NCBI GenBank assembly: GCA_964035545.1 | Contig: OZ037765.1 | Coordinates: forward strand, 6,272,698 to 6,336,697 | DNA: 64,000 bases | From: Bugula neritina | Lineage: Eukaryota; Animalia; Bryozoa | Direction: 5' to 3' | Shown here: one piece after another, positions 18,906 to 33,500 of the stretch | How the letters are laid out: each line of letters starts with the position of its first letter | Numbering within the stretch: position 1 is the stretch's first letter | The notes under the pieces: generated by a model | What the model saw: only the letters and a program-made list of their open reading frames with translations | Database searches by the model: none | What the model was told of the DNA's origin: nothing | Made by a program: the position numbers and the translations under genes

Positions 18906-21900
18906 ATGGTGATGGAGCAATTTAAACAAAATGTTTGTTCCTACCTTTCTTCAGTAAATAATATTAATGAAGACGGCGATTTGCTTTCAGTGAATCCACA
19001 GTCTCAATCTGACAGTGATTCACAATGCTTCCAAAATGTAAGACTTAAATTTAACCTTACATGTAGTTGTACATTAAGTTTAACTCTTACTCTATGTTAC
19101 TGTTAGTAGTACAGTAGTAGTACTACCACTAGTTACCATTTTTAGTTTAGGTTAACTTTTTATGTTGAGTGATTAATGATACTGATAATGCTAGTCACAG
19201 TAATCTGATTTACTTCCAATTAAACTTATTACTTAAATTTTAAATTTAAGTTTATCATAATCACACAACAAATGCTAGCATCAAATAAACATATATTAGT
19301 ATTAGTATAAACTTAAAAATAGCGATTGCTATAACATTAACTGTTAGTGTTAGTATTACTAATACTAATAGTAATAGTAATACAGTAATAGTACTATTAG
19401 TATTACTATTACTATTAGTATTAAGTAGGTATTAATTAAAAGTACATTGCTAAGGCTAATACCTAAAAGTGCGCAATATTCAGCTCCAATTTCAGTAAAG
19501 TTTTATACCAAATAATTTACAGTTTAATTTTTTAGGGTCTAAGATGGCTTGTGACATTCAAAAGTCCTTTGGAAACTTGGAATGAGGAGCCAACCTTTCT
19601 ATTTATACAGATTAGTGTGATTTTAGGATCTATCCTCAATTTTATTCATGGTATGTGCAGTGCAATAATTGTGAATATTACTTTTTTAAATAAATACATG
19701 CACTCTACATATTGCATCGAGTGAGAAAATTAGCTGGATTTTCAATAAGTGGCATTTCAGTTTTTGTATAGTGCAACTTTAGTACACATTTTGTTATTGT
19801 GCATATATTTTTGTCATAAATTACTTTGTTTCCTTAGTTTAAATTTGATTTACTAGCTTTGAACATTGTGGCTCTATGTGGAAGAGATGTTAAACAGAAT
19901 GTTTTACATTTTTTGCTGGTCAGATTTTTTTCACTAACTTCTTGAAATTGTGTTATCTTGTGGCGTAAATTGAGTTAATTAGTAAAATATAGCTTTAAAT
20001 GAAGCTGTAGTATCTGAAGTTATCTAAAAGTTGTTTAAGGGTCCTTCTGCATTCTATTGGTGGTTTGTTCAAGTTTACCTCAAGCTACTTGAAACTCCTA
20101 AACTCTCATTGTTTGTTATAGCAAATACTTTAACTCGAGTAATGGACCTTGAAAAGTTTCAGCTGAAGTCAGCAGTAGCTTGTTTCCCAATGTTTCTGGT
20201 CCATTGTCAGCTCCTCAACATATCTTTTATAATAGGGTAATCATTATGGGGTTCACTATATTTGTAGGGAAATTAGGCTAAATAGTTACCTACTGAACAA
20301 TGTTTCAGTTTGATTTAGCATCATTCGATGAAGTATCATTGTAGAAAAAAAGAACAATCAAAAGTAGTCAATCTTTATGTACACTTTTATAATGACGGTT
20401 ATTTAAATATACTTATTATTTATTCCATTGGCAAGTTTATAGCTTACATATCTTATCTAACAAAAGTTATATATGCACTTTATATACTTATGGTATTATT
20501 TTCAGCTTGGAAAAATGGCGGCAGATTTATTCATTTCTGGTGGGCAACCATTATTGTGTCTTTTGTTACCGAGTGTGTTTGTTATCTCATACCAAACATT
20601 GACAGCTATTGGCATGCGCAGGGAGTTGTCGGACTTTTTGGTAAAAGGTTTCCACTGTACATTGTGTTTGTGTGTAAGTATCCTATATCACATGTTTAAA
20701 CTCTAATGAGTTACAAAGTTCATAGACTGATACAAATTAAGGCTAATCTTTTATTAAGTTTGGGTAAACTTTATTCTATAGTTGAATGATTCAAGTAGCA
20801 CTCTGTAAGGCAATACTAGCTTGTAGAAAGTGTCAAGGATTTCTCTGGCTTGCTGAGTTGAATAATTTGATTTTAAATTTATCTAAATAAACTGTTCAGC
20901 TGCTCAGACCATACTATGAAGTATATCTGATCTATAAAATTGAATATTTGTTTACCATATAACCTGCCTTTACAAACTCACAGTGAATTTATTGTAGACA
21001 ACCAGTTTTGGTACACGGCTTGGGTGGCTGTGCTGAGGGTGAACCTGAAATGGTGGGCGGAGCCTTTTGCTGGTATGCAATTTTTACACTTACATTATAT
21101 ATCATGGTTTTCGAAGCCTTGCAAGAACCTGATTTTTTGATAACTGTGGACAGCTTCTAGCAACATAGTTTAGGAGCCTTAAGTGTTGCTGGAGCAATGT
21201 TGAAGAAGTGCTGTTTTTCACAATGGCCATACCATATTAGAAGCTTATTAAGTCAACACTTGTGTTTATTGATTTTCCGTTGCTTTGTTGCAGTTGGTGC
21301 TGCTGCGGTGTTAATTGACTTACCGTACGACATTATGGGTGTTAAAATGTTATGGTGGACATGGCATGACACAGATGCCAATATCTTTGACAGACACTAC
21401 CATGTGCCCTGGACTTCGTACTATTTCCACTCCTCTTTTCTCGCTGCTATGCTCTTCATTTTCTTTGGCAGTCGCAAGCTGCTTATGCCTAGCAAAAGCA
21501 AGTTTGAATTTGGCAAGTAAGTGTATTGCAGTGGCTGTCAGCAAAGAGCAAAATTTGCTGTCACTTAATCTGCAGTGCTAACAGGTAATGCGACATTTAT
21601 ATAAGCCGATATTTAAAATATTATAAGAAAAAGGTAAAGTAAAGTAAATTTGCCCATCTAATTACTGTAGCACTATATAACACAGCATGTGCAAGCTTTT
21701 CTTTGGTTAAATTTTTGTCAAGTTGGAAAATGATAAAAATACAATTTATCAAATTAAAAAACTGTGTTTTACACACTACAGTCACATCAGATTCCTATGA
21801 TGATATTCCGCTAGGCTTGCATCTGCCAATTGTATTTACTGTATTTTCTTTACTATTTTACTCTGTTTTCTGTTTAATTTGGCTGGTTCTTGTCACATGA

Positions 21901-23480
21901 GCACACAACTCTTGTCATTTTTCTTAACACAATAATCTATTGTATGAACTTTGAACTCTTAAATGAATTGTTTTAATATTCAGGAGTTTAGCGTTTGATT
22001 AATAAAATTTAGTTTCAAGATTCTAGTTAGTACTATATTATTAAAAGCTAGCAATATAATACATTATGTTCATGTAAAGGAGTAATAAATTGTACTGTTG
22101 GTATTGCAGCTGTTTGCTGGAGTGGCTGTGTACAATGTTGTCTGGATGGCTGGCAATGCCAGTGGGCTCTGTGGTATTTATTATGCTGTTTTACCATCCT
22201 TTACATGACTGGCTCAATGTGCATTCAGAGGTCCCTGTGATGATGTGGCTTGCTGTTTGCTTACTAATCACCTGGATATCTGACCGGAATCCCTCAGCGA
22301 AATCTAGAACAGGCTTCACCGCTGGTTAGAAAAAGCTGCAAACCTATACCATTGTCCATTTATCAACACTCTGTAGCTGCAGTATTATTTGTTTCATAAT
22401 AAAACTGTAAGTGGTGACAAATTCTTGAATTGTTGCAGATAAGCTGTTCAGTCTGCCAGTGTTGAATGTGGTGCAGCACTTTCTGCTGTTTATACTTCTG
22501 ATGTTTGTGGCCAAACCAGAGGAGGTGCGATCTACAGGACTCCACCAGACTATTGGACCGTGTAACGAAACAGAAGATACATTTAGTATCAGTGGTGCTG
22601 TAAGTTGTTATTGCCAATCTATTCCACGACGGTTTACTAATAGTTAGGAATCTGAAGAGTTTATTCTAAACCTTTATTGAGTCAGGCTTATAGTAAAGAC
22701 CAATGTATATAGTGGCAGTTTCATTGAAACATAGGTATAACAGACGATATTTTTTTCTCAGTTGCTGAGGAAGGAAAACAGCTGTACTGTATTATACCCC
22801 TTGTACAAATAATTATATATTTTTCTTAATAAACTCTTGAGAATGTAAAAGGCCTATGCTTTTACCGTAAATTTTTAATTTACAGTATTTAAGCCGAATT
22901 GTTTTCCAGGTTCTGCCTAGACAGAAATATTTGTGTCCAGAGAATTATGACGAGGCATTCGACTTCCATTGTCGACCTGGAGGAAATCCTCCTCCTTCCG
23001 GTTCCTCCTGGTACACTATGTGTGGTACGCCTTATGAGAACCCAATGGTATGTTGGTTTTGTTTAGTGACTACATTACAAGCATTTGATCCTTCAGCGTA
23101 TTATTTGTGAAAATATTTGAAATATTCAAGTAGTTGTTTATGCTATTTGAAAATTATTTACCATTAAATTGGATACGTTTAATATAGAGGTAGCAACAAT
23201 GTGGTCAACGAAATTGCATGTTGATTTTTAAAAAAATATTTTAAACTCTATTATTGTTTTTGAAAAGCAAACTAGTAACTCATTTATGATATTTCTTTTG
23301 CAGGAATACAAACTAATAATATGGTTTTGCTGTGCTATTGGATTATTGGTCTACTGCCAGATTTTGCTGTTTTCTGGTGATCAGTTGCCAGCTCGCCAAA
23401 CTTTAGCTACTGCAAAGCAAACAACACTTTCACCAACCAGCAAAAAACTAAATAGAAAGAAAAATCGAAAACAAGAGTAA
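18906..23480 (+). CDS. Conserved uncharacterised multipass membrane protein (resembles the family I recall as DUF7802)
   Basis: Nine phase-consistent GT-AG exons (~18906-19037, 19536-19649, 20506-20673, 20998-21072, 21293-21515, 22110-22324, 22439-22598, 22910-23047, 23304-23480). Motifs IDSYWHAQG, DLPYDIMGVKMLWWTWHDTD..IFDRHYHVPW, KYLCPENYDEAFDFHC, WYTMCG. The first exon is less certain. Confidence 0.8.
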
Positions 23481-23701
23481 TGTTGGTTTAAAATTTTCAC
23501 GTGACACTTTGAGAATTTTGAGTAGACATTTTATATATATAATTTATTATTTTATATGATTTTTAAAGAAAAATTACATGGAAAGTTAGTCATGAAAGTT
23601 GTTTAGAATGTCTGTTTTTAAAGAGTAAAGAAAGTTTGAATGTGCCAACATATATCATAATTCAATTATGTTGATTAAATAAAACACAAAATACATATGC
23701 T

Positions 23702-26700
23702 TCAGGCAGATAATATTTGCTGTACAGCCTTGCTGATACATTTAGCACTAATTCCATATTTATCCATCAAAGCAGCTGAGGGCCCGCTATGAGGTAGCTC
23801 CCGTATTGCCAAGTGCTTGAACACCAGCTTTTCACCAGCCACTGCAGCCAACACAGCTTCACCAATTCCTCCTGAAACAAGAAGTAAATTTCATACAGTT
23901 GATATTGGTATTGAAAATATCGTACAGCTGTTGATTTTCCTGTAAGGAATAAACAGACAATAAAAGCAAACTAGCTCGTACCTTCTGGGTAGTGGTCTTC
24001 AACTACGATCAGTTTACCACCAGTGGCTCTGATGGCACTTCGTAAACCATCACTATCAATAGGCTTAATGGTGAAGGGATCAATAACTCTGACATTTACA
24101 CCACCTGCTGCCAATTCGTCTGCTGCCGCTAGCGCTTCATGAAGGGTAACGCCAGCTCCCACCACAGTTACCTTGTCATCTCCAGAAGATCGGACAACCT
24201 GAATGTGGAAATAATTATCTTTTAGTGCACACAACATTAAACACAAAACTTAACTGACAAAATGGAATATGACGGAGTTGTCCTGAAATCTAAATCATTA
24301 CCTTGCATTTGCCAACTTCAAAAGACTCGTCATTAGGGTACACATTCACAGTGGCTGGGCGGGAAGTCCTGGTGAATGTAATTCCCTTAGTATTAGCTGC
24401 CAATTCAATTGCTCTTTCAGCAGACACAGCATCTGATGGGTAGAACACTGTGGAGTTTGCAACGGCTCTAAACATTCCCAAGTCTTCCAGGGCCATCTGA
24501 CTGGGACCATCTTCACCTGAAGATTACAAGCCAAACAATATAATAACGAATACCCAACAGCAGAATGCGACAGATAGCTTGATGTGGGAGCAACTCACCA
24601 ATAGATACACCAACGTGAGAGCCAACAAAGTTTACATTGGTGAAAGAGATTGCCCCCATCCTTATTTGGTCAAAGGCTCTTGATAGGAAGCAGGCGAAGG
24701 AGCTGCAGAAGGCGATAGTTCGATCACGGGCAGCTGCTCCTATAGCTACTCCCACCATATTCTGTTCAGCAATGAATCCTTGAATGAACTGATTGGGAAA
24801 TTCGTTCTATAAAATGAAATAAAACATGAAGTTTATTGAATTACACCCAATGAAGCATTTGGTGTTTCATCACTAACTGACGCCACTTATGTGTGCTCAA
24901 CACCTACAAAGATCATGCACACAATAGCTATGTTCTGCAAGATAAACATAAAAACTAAAGAAAAGCTATATCGTCACCTCATATTTATATAGAAATAATA
25001 TTCAAATATACCCATTCATATCTGATTTACTCACACATATATAATGTATATTTATATACTAGAGTGATTTATTTATAGCATACCTCAAGATCGATACTGA
25101 ATGTTGAATTCTTGACATCGCCATCAACATTGATCACTCTATTATTGTTTCTACCCAGTTTGAGCAGGGCTGTGCCAAAGGCTTTTCTAGTAGCAACCTG
25201 AAAATAATAGGTTTACATTCTATTAATACACACATCCTGAAAAAAAAATTTCATAACTAATGTTCTACACTCAACAAACACTTGAAGATAATAAAGTAGA
25301 GAATGTGAGGCATTTTTAAGAGTTCAAACGTTAACCTTTTCGCCTTCTTTATAATTTGGAGGTTCGGAGAGTTTGACAGCAAGAGACACTTCTGGACAAT
25401 CGTCAGGGGGCGACTCTGGAGAAATTCTAGCTGGTCCATTGTTCTTAATCAAATCTCTCAGTCTTGACAGAGCTTCGTCAGTTTTGGCACCCAGTGGCTT
25501 ACCATGCCAGTTTATTTGATCTTCAATACCTGAGAAAGCACACAGGAATAGCTCTGAACAAATCATAGGGCAACAGAAACATGACTAAGTTTCATGACTT
25601 GAAAAAATCTTTAGGTTTGGGATCAGTGTAAAAAAACTAGCTTACACCAATGAATAATTTGATCTCTTTAAAAAAGGCAACTGTGGACACATTATCTTAT
25701 TATAAACATAATACACATATGCTATTTACATTTTACACAACAATATTATTTTCAAGTTTCAAAGAAAACAACGATGCAAACCTGATTTTATTGAACAAGA
25801 TAAGCCATACAACATAATATTATAATTGAAAATATAATTCTGTTAAAAATGCCTTTGATTTACTTCATAGGGTCACAAATAGCCTATAAACCTTATTAAC
25901 TGTGAAACAACAGTGTTAAATAACTCATTGAAACTGCAATTCATTTTTAACTGCCTTTGTGCTGCACCTCACACTTTCAAAAGAGCCCATTAATTAAAAG
26001 AATGCCTCTTTAAGGAAGGAAGTATTATATGTATACAGGTGCAGGAAGTTCATTAGTCAACCTACCTACAAAGCCACTGCCTTTGAATGTTTTGGCAATG
26101 ATAGCTGTAGGTTTTCCTTCAGTATTGGAAGCAGAAAAGAATGCCTTGTCTAACTCATTGATATCATGTCCATCCACAACAATAGCATTCCATCTGAAAT
26201 ATTTCAGTGCAAAACACACATGAAACACGGAAAAGATAAGAATTAATTGTGTGCATATAGATGTGTCGTGTTCTACTCACCCAAAAGCATCAAGACGCTT
26301 CCTGTACGTCTCGGTATCATGTCCAAGAGACGTCACCTCACTTTGCCCCAAACGGTTAATGTCAAAGATGGCCACCAAATTGTCAAGTTTATAGTGACTA
26401 CCAAAGTGAAGGGCCTCCCAGACAGATCCTTCTGCAGCTTCTCCATCACCAAGCAGACAGTAGGTGCGGAAACTGAAAAGTCAAAATATATACACATATA
26501 TATGCTTTTCTACTCACTAAGAATGTTATCACAAAGTTTTAATGAAGCCAATGCAGGACAGCAGTTTAAAGACATCTACATAAGCAAGGCAATCATTACA
26601 ACTTTTACCTTCAATAAAACTCAAAATAAAACGTTGGTTCAAAGTTAATCTCGAACAAAAAACTGCAAATAGCTATGAGAAGTGTATGTGTATAGCAAAT

Positions 26701-29520
26701 TCTATAATTTCAATGGTACAAAGCATAGCTAGTCATAAATTCAACAGTTTTGATGTCAATTTAAGCAAGAAGCTCTTCAAAAATATAACACTTTTCCACT
26801 AGCTGATCAACTACTGATGTCAGTCAATTGAGATAGAGTATGACTATGAACTCCGTTGAATAGATAAATTAAACCATGTGTTACTAATACAATTCAACAC
26901 ATTACATTTTGCACCTTGTTGCATCAAATAATGTGCAAGTAAGGCACTGAGGCTGCAAAATCTTTGCATTGTTATAAAAGAAATAGGATTATATGGTATC
27001 TTACGCATGACTTGCTATTAAGCATTACTATTGATGCTACTACCTCAATTTATCACCTATTTACTTCAGACAACTAATAGAAAACCTGAAACAAATAAAT
27101 TATTCCTGGTGAAAATTAAGATAAATTTAACCTTCAAACTAGATGACTGAATAAAATTTCCTTCAGTAAAATATAGATAACTACTAAATGTTACATGCAG
27201 AGAAATGTAATATATAATAGAATATAGGGTGTTTAGTTGAACAAATAATATAAATAAGTAGATTCAAATACAGACTGTATGCAGACAAAGAAACACTATA
27301 GACAATGGCAACCTGTCATTATCAGTGTGTCTTACGTAATACCTTGACTTGTCCAAGTATTTCCCAACATAAGCCATTCCAGCTGCAATACTCAACCCTT
27401 GGCCGAGGGACCCAGTAGCAGCATCAATGAAGTTCAGTCTCTGTGAAATTAATATATCCGCATGTAGTGGGATTATGACATGGTATAAGAGGATGCAAAT
27501 CGACTTACAACATACAACACTAAAATATATCTGCATAATGTTACTTCTATGTGGTCACATAGAATTAGGAAGTGTGACTAGGCAGTAACAAATTGTACAT
27601 TATAAACCTCAAAGAAATTTGCAGTTGTGCAACAGATTTAATGTACATCAACACAGAGAAATGGACTAGAAGAGGAACTGTGGCAACTATCACAGGGTTG
27701 CAAAAGACTATAAAAGCATGAATTCATAGAAAAAAATGTTTAGGGCCCTAAAGAAAACCCCACACAAAAGATTACACACACAAAAATTTAAATATTGAAA
27801 CCTGAAAAAACTCACAGGTGTTGGATGTCCTTCCAAATCAGAATCAATTTTCCTCAACGTCATGCAGTCTGACTCTGGGAAGAGGCCGGTCTGTGACCAA
27901 GCAGCGTAGAGTGCAGGGCACGCGTGACCCTTAGACAAAATAAATCTGTCAGCATTGGGTGCTCTTGGAGCAGACGTAGAATATCTCATCACATTGAAAA
28001 ACAGTACTGAGAGGATTTCAGCAATCGAAGCACTAGATGTTGGATGGCTAGAAAAACAAACAGATATTGATGCGTGATAATTTTTAGCAGAAATTAATCT
28101 TAATGATGAGAAACAAATGCTCTAATTCGTGACACATCACAGCTTAGAAATGTTCAACAACAGCATTTATACTTTTCAGTTACCAAAGTATAGATTTTAA
28201 ACATTATTCATTATTGGATATGAACTCAGATGATAAAGTCGCTTAGCAAATGCGGACTGTGTTCACTAAAATAAACCAATAATACAAGTTTTATAGTATT
28301 TAAAATGAATTGATGCAACAATAATTAATATTACCATAAATAATAAAAAATATACCCATACTTTCAGTTACATGTTATGATAAAAATTATCAGCATTTAA
28401 GAGTGAACTTTGACAGTATTCAACAGCAATCGGTTGCTATTTTAAACTTATATTGCTATGCATGATTAGAAACCTGACCTGTTAATGAGGTAGAATTTGA
28501 GATAAAAATTTAGGAAAAGAAAAGTCAGCTGATGGCACAGCAGCCGTAACGAATGCCGACAGTTTAAGGGATAAATAAAAGAGCATCAATAGATTTTCTA
28601 TGCACTGGTGGTTTTAAGCTTTCAAAGAAACATTTATTTCCTTTATTTTACTTTTTTGAAATACTTCAGTTTGGCAACAGCAAGTCTAGATACTTGGCAG
28701 TCAGGTTGTAATGCAAAACTGCTATGAAAATGAGTGAGTTAGGATTGCCAAGACATTTTTAAATTTCTTCAGGATTCAAGCAGAACAAGTACTACATTAT
28801 GTTTATTACTACAATCCTACACTTGAAGATTTTTTTAATGAATTTAAATATGTATAGCATCTGTATCTTTTAATTTTAACATGCCAGAAATTTATGATCG
28901 TAAACAAATAAATAAAAATTTTCATAATGACTAAATGCATCATGGCAATCATAATTATTATTATAATAATATTAATACCTAATTTTAATACTCCTAGTCT
29001 TAGAACTCTTGCAGTTGCTAACAAAAACAAATTAATCTTACCACTGATATCACCATGACTGGTGACTTTAACTTCATCAAATTTTAATTTTTATGATAAA
29101 GTAACTCAAATTGAAATTCAATTTCATTTCGATTTATCTTTAAAATTTATTGACAATTACTATTAGTATTACTATTAGTATTAGTGTTACTCACTTGCGT
29201 TTATTTTTCCCGATTTTCTATTACTATTAGTATTGGTATTAGTTAGTAGACTTAGTATAACTATAAGTATTTAAAATTAATTTACCTTTTGGGTTCAGTT
29301 GGCAATATAAATATTATCATTCATAGTAATACTAATATTAATATTAAACTATTTTCTTATTTTATTTTTATTTTCAACATTTGTCGTTACGTCAACTGTT
29401 TAGTTCAACTTACCCAGATTTGCAAGCGTTGGTAGAGTCAACACTTATAACACGAATTTTGTTAGCTATTTCTTTTAAAAGTTCAACTCTTTGAGCATCA
29501 GGAGCATGGTAAAGGTCCAT
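23702..29520 (-). CDS. TKT: Transketolase
   Basis: About 11 exons: [10 protein letters not shown]...[79 protein letters not shown]; ends QILSA* at 23702. Confidence 0.97.
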
Positions 29521-29559
29521 TTTTGCCGGCGTGTCTAGAGCAGAAGAGAACTCACTTTC

Positions 29560-29830
29560 AGCAATAACGAAGTCCTAAGAGGAAGTGGAACCACTTTGCA
29601 GAAAACGAAGCGTGCGTAGAAAATATTATATCAAATTTATAAAATGGGATGCGAGCAATTTAAATTCATTAAGTGCAATTGGACCAGAGCAACATCGAGT
29701 CCACAGATTGGCCAGCTAGTTTTTGTTCGCAATTGGCTAAAACTAAGCATGACTGACAAATACAGATTGCGCTAACCGATGAAACTGTGGTTTCACTTCA
29801 GGTTCCAATAGGCTCTGAGACCTGAGTACA
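29560..29830. promoter_or_regulatory. Bidirectional promoter region TKT / PPIL2
   Basis: Lies between divergent ATGs (29520 minus, 30525 plus); locally CpG-richer; several ATTGG/CCAAT boxes (~29678, 29708, 29732, 29804) and GGAAGT (29581). Confidence 0.6.
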
Positions 29831-30524
29831 TCAAATTCAATATGAATATGAGAATGAGCATGAACTTAGCGAATATTTGTAACTTAATGCGACCCTAGTT
29901 GAAGTTTTGAAACTTACAGCGGCGTTACTTTTAGTCTGCACTTGTTTCAAGTTCAACATGTTTGAGCGTATTACTATTAGTATTAGTATTAGTATTAGTA
30001 TTAATAATAATAATAATTAGCTGAACACAGTTTGAGTTTAAGTTTTGGTTAAATGATAAAATTAAATCAGTATCATAATCATAATGATAATCACAATGAT
30101 AATGATATTAACAATTAATGTGAATTATGAATATGAACATCAAATTCAATATGAATATATTTAATTTTATAGAAGTTTTCACCCTAATTATTAAATAATT
30201 ATTATTATATGAACATTTTCATTTTGCGAATATAAAAATTAAAAATACTAATACTAATAGTACTACTATTACTAGTAGTAGAATTTTAGTAGTAGTAGTA
30301 CTACTACTAGTAGTAATAGTATTAGTGATTTCATAGCAATAGTAACACATATAGTTATACTACACTGTTTACTTGTAGTTATAGTTATATTCACCTGACC
30401 TGGGGCTTGTTATTTGTGATTATATATTGGTATTACTATCTTAATTGAAATTTCCAACTTTTTAGGCACAAGGCTAACGGCGAAAAGGAAAACTAAAAGT
30501 AAATATTAGGCTTAATATTAAAGC

Positions 30525-33500
30525 ATGGGGAAAAAGCAACATCAATCTGACAAGCTGTAAGTTTTAATTGGACATGTATTTTGAAATTTCATGTTTTTAC
30601 CTCATAAAGTTAAACATAAGTCATAATAATGGTAATGATTGTACTCAATGAACATGCTAATGCTCGTTATTATTATAATTACCGTTACAAATATAACAAA
30701 TAATTATTCAATTATAATATCAATGATATCATTTGAAATTTGTACACTTTGAAATGATAAAATTGATTAAATTTTAGGTATCTGACAGCCACTGAGTGGT
30801 CTACTTTTTATGGTGGTAAAAAACAGGAAAGTCATGGACCAAAAGCTAAATTCCGACGACTGCCTTTTCACTGTTGTGGGTAGGTAAAATTATACTTAGA
30901 ATGAAGGATAGATGATATTTTGTTATTTGATCAGGGTTATTTCAAGTAAGAATGTATTGTGTTACATAATTAAAACATTTATTTATGTTTCATTTTAAAT
31001 TTTATGGAATTATTGTATAAATTTTATACCAGGTTTCAATTTAGGTTATAGGAACTAAATATTGTTCTAGCTCTAGTATGAATTGATAAATTATAAGCAT
31101 GAAATTAGGAATCATAATCATGTAAAATAAATGCTAAAAAATATACACAAATTTGTATTTTATTATTTATTCTACAATTTTCCATTTTAGAATTTCTATG
31201 CAGCCATTTACCAACCCATACTGTACTGCGGGTGGACACATATTTGATCTCATGTAGGTTTCTTCTTTGTTTTGCCTGATCTGTTGTTAATGAAGTCATT
31301 ACTTTCATTATTTACTCCAGTTAAATATTGAACCATAGGTCCTATGTATTGACTTGTGCTGATTTTGTTGAAGTGGCAGCCTTAATTGTTTTCTAATATG
31401 AAGTGTTGTATAACATGTTGGTGATAATCTAGCACACCATGTAAATGAATTTCTACTCTTTATTTACACTTGTCGCTGTAGGAAAGTTTCTGTAATTCAT
31501 ATTGATAAAGATATTCAATAAATTATATTAATTTAAAACTAGTTTTACTGTTGGCGTATTTCTCATTATACTTTACTATTCACACTCTAACCAACTTACA
31601 AGTTCTAAATATTTTCTATTTTAGATACATTTTACCTTTTATCAAGAAATATGGAATTAACCCTGTTGATGGCAAGGTAAAAACATGATGGTTTTCTAGT
31701 ATCAACAACAGCACAAAATAAAAAGAGTTCTATGATTGCATGCAATTTAATTAATTTATTTGTTTAATTGTAGAAATTGTCTCCCAAAGACTTGACCAAG
31801 CTAAATTTTCACAAGAACTCTAAAGGTAGTACTATGCAAAATTTGATGAAATTTTCAACTGACTTATTTGCAGTTGAAACTGTGAAACTTGATTATCTAT
31901 AAAAGTCTGGTGGAGTTCAAATTCGGTGTCAGTTTGATCAAATTTGACTGTGTCTGATGCTTATGTTTTTTCTCAACTTTTGGACAAAATGTAAGCACCA
32001 AAATATTTTTTCTAATGTTCAACTGATTTCATTCCAAATGAAAAATTGGGTATTTTGCGCGAGACTGTACCAAGGCACGAAGATATGGTGTACGTGCTCA
32101 AGACATTTTGGTCAGCACTGTTCCTCTTTGTGGCCCTTTGATGCCAAGCTGCTATTATTAGTTTTCAATAATTTGATAAGCTTTTTAGTAGCTGAAGCTA
32201 AACTTTAGAACATGAGTTTGATTTCTATGGTATTTTATTGTATTAGTAACCTTGTATATGTTGTTGTAGACCAATATCACTGTCCTGTCACTTTCAAAGT
32301 GTTTAATGAGAATACACACATAGTAGCCATCAAGCCCACCGGCAATGTGTTTGCTTTAGAGGTGAGTCGTGTATTGAATTTTTCTAGAATTATATAGATT
32401 AATTTTAATCTATAGTTACTAATTACTATAATGTTGAAACTAATAAACTAGTCCTATCCTTAACACTACCTTTAATAATGCTGTAATATGTGTATTTCAG
32501 TTGTGTTAATTTCTACTTGTGTTCATATGCTTATACGTGTTTGCCATGTTTGATCAACTGTGTTATGTGATAAAAACTAAGCCTCTAGTCAAAAGCTTTT
32601 TGTAGTGTGTTAGTTTCAGTAATTGCTGCACTCTTGCAATAAAATGTCTGAGACATCAAAGATAGAGGATTCATAGTGTGAAATTTAGTCTTTTTCTTTT
32701 CTGTTATAGGCTGTAGAAAGATTAAACTTCAAGGCCAAGTATTTCAAAGATTTAATTAATGATGAACCATTTACCAGAGCTGATGTTATCACCATACAGG
32801 TAGGGCATCTATGAATATCTTTCTGTGCAAATTCCGCCCCTTACTTTATTTTATTGTAATTTATTGTATTCTGTGCATATATTGAAGACTGCCAATAAGT
32901 AGTGAAATTTCTAAAACTGCCAGAATTGGCCATAACTCAGTGCCTTTTTTCAAAAAGATCTTAAAATGGTTGAATCATTATGCTGTTCTGCAACCCAAAT
33001 ATTTCCTCCACGTTGCCTTCCAACAAATGCTCACAAGTTATTTGCAGTCTCAAGCGGTTGCTTAAATAATGTCTTTTTAATGCAACTTAGATGTTGTGTC
33101 TTTAGCTCATGATAATTTGGTTTATTAATTTTTAGGCAGAAAGTTTGTCGTTGTCACAGTAACATGTTATTCTAATTTGCTTTTGAAATAGTAGTCGTGT
33201 TGTGAATTTCAGATTACCAATGTTTTCGTAATTTCCTTATTATTAAATTCAATATTTTAAGCTGTCAGTTTAATTCTGTTTCTCAATAAATTAAGCATTG
33301 CTACATTGTTTTGTCTGCTCATTGTAATATAGGCTGATGTTGCTATATAACCATTGCTGTTAACTGTTTCAGGATCCAGAAGAATTGGGGAAATTTAATT
33401 TGGCAGACTTTTATCACTTGAAAAAAGGATTGAAAGTAACCAGTGAAGGTTTGTATTTGCAAAATCCTTGCTTGCTCTTTTATTATTGTTTCTGCTGTTA

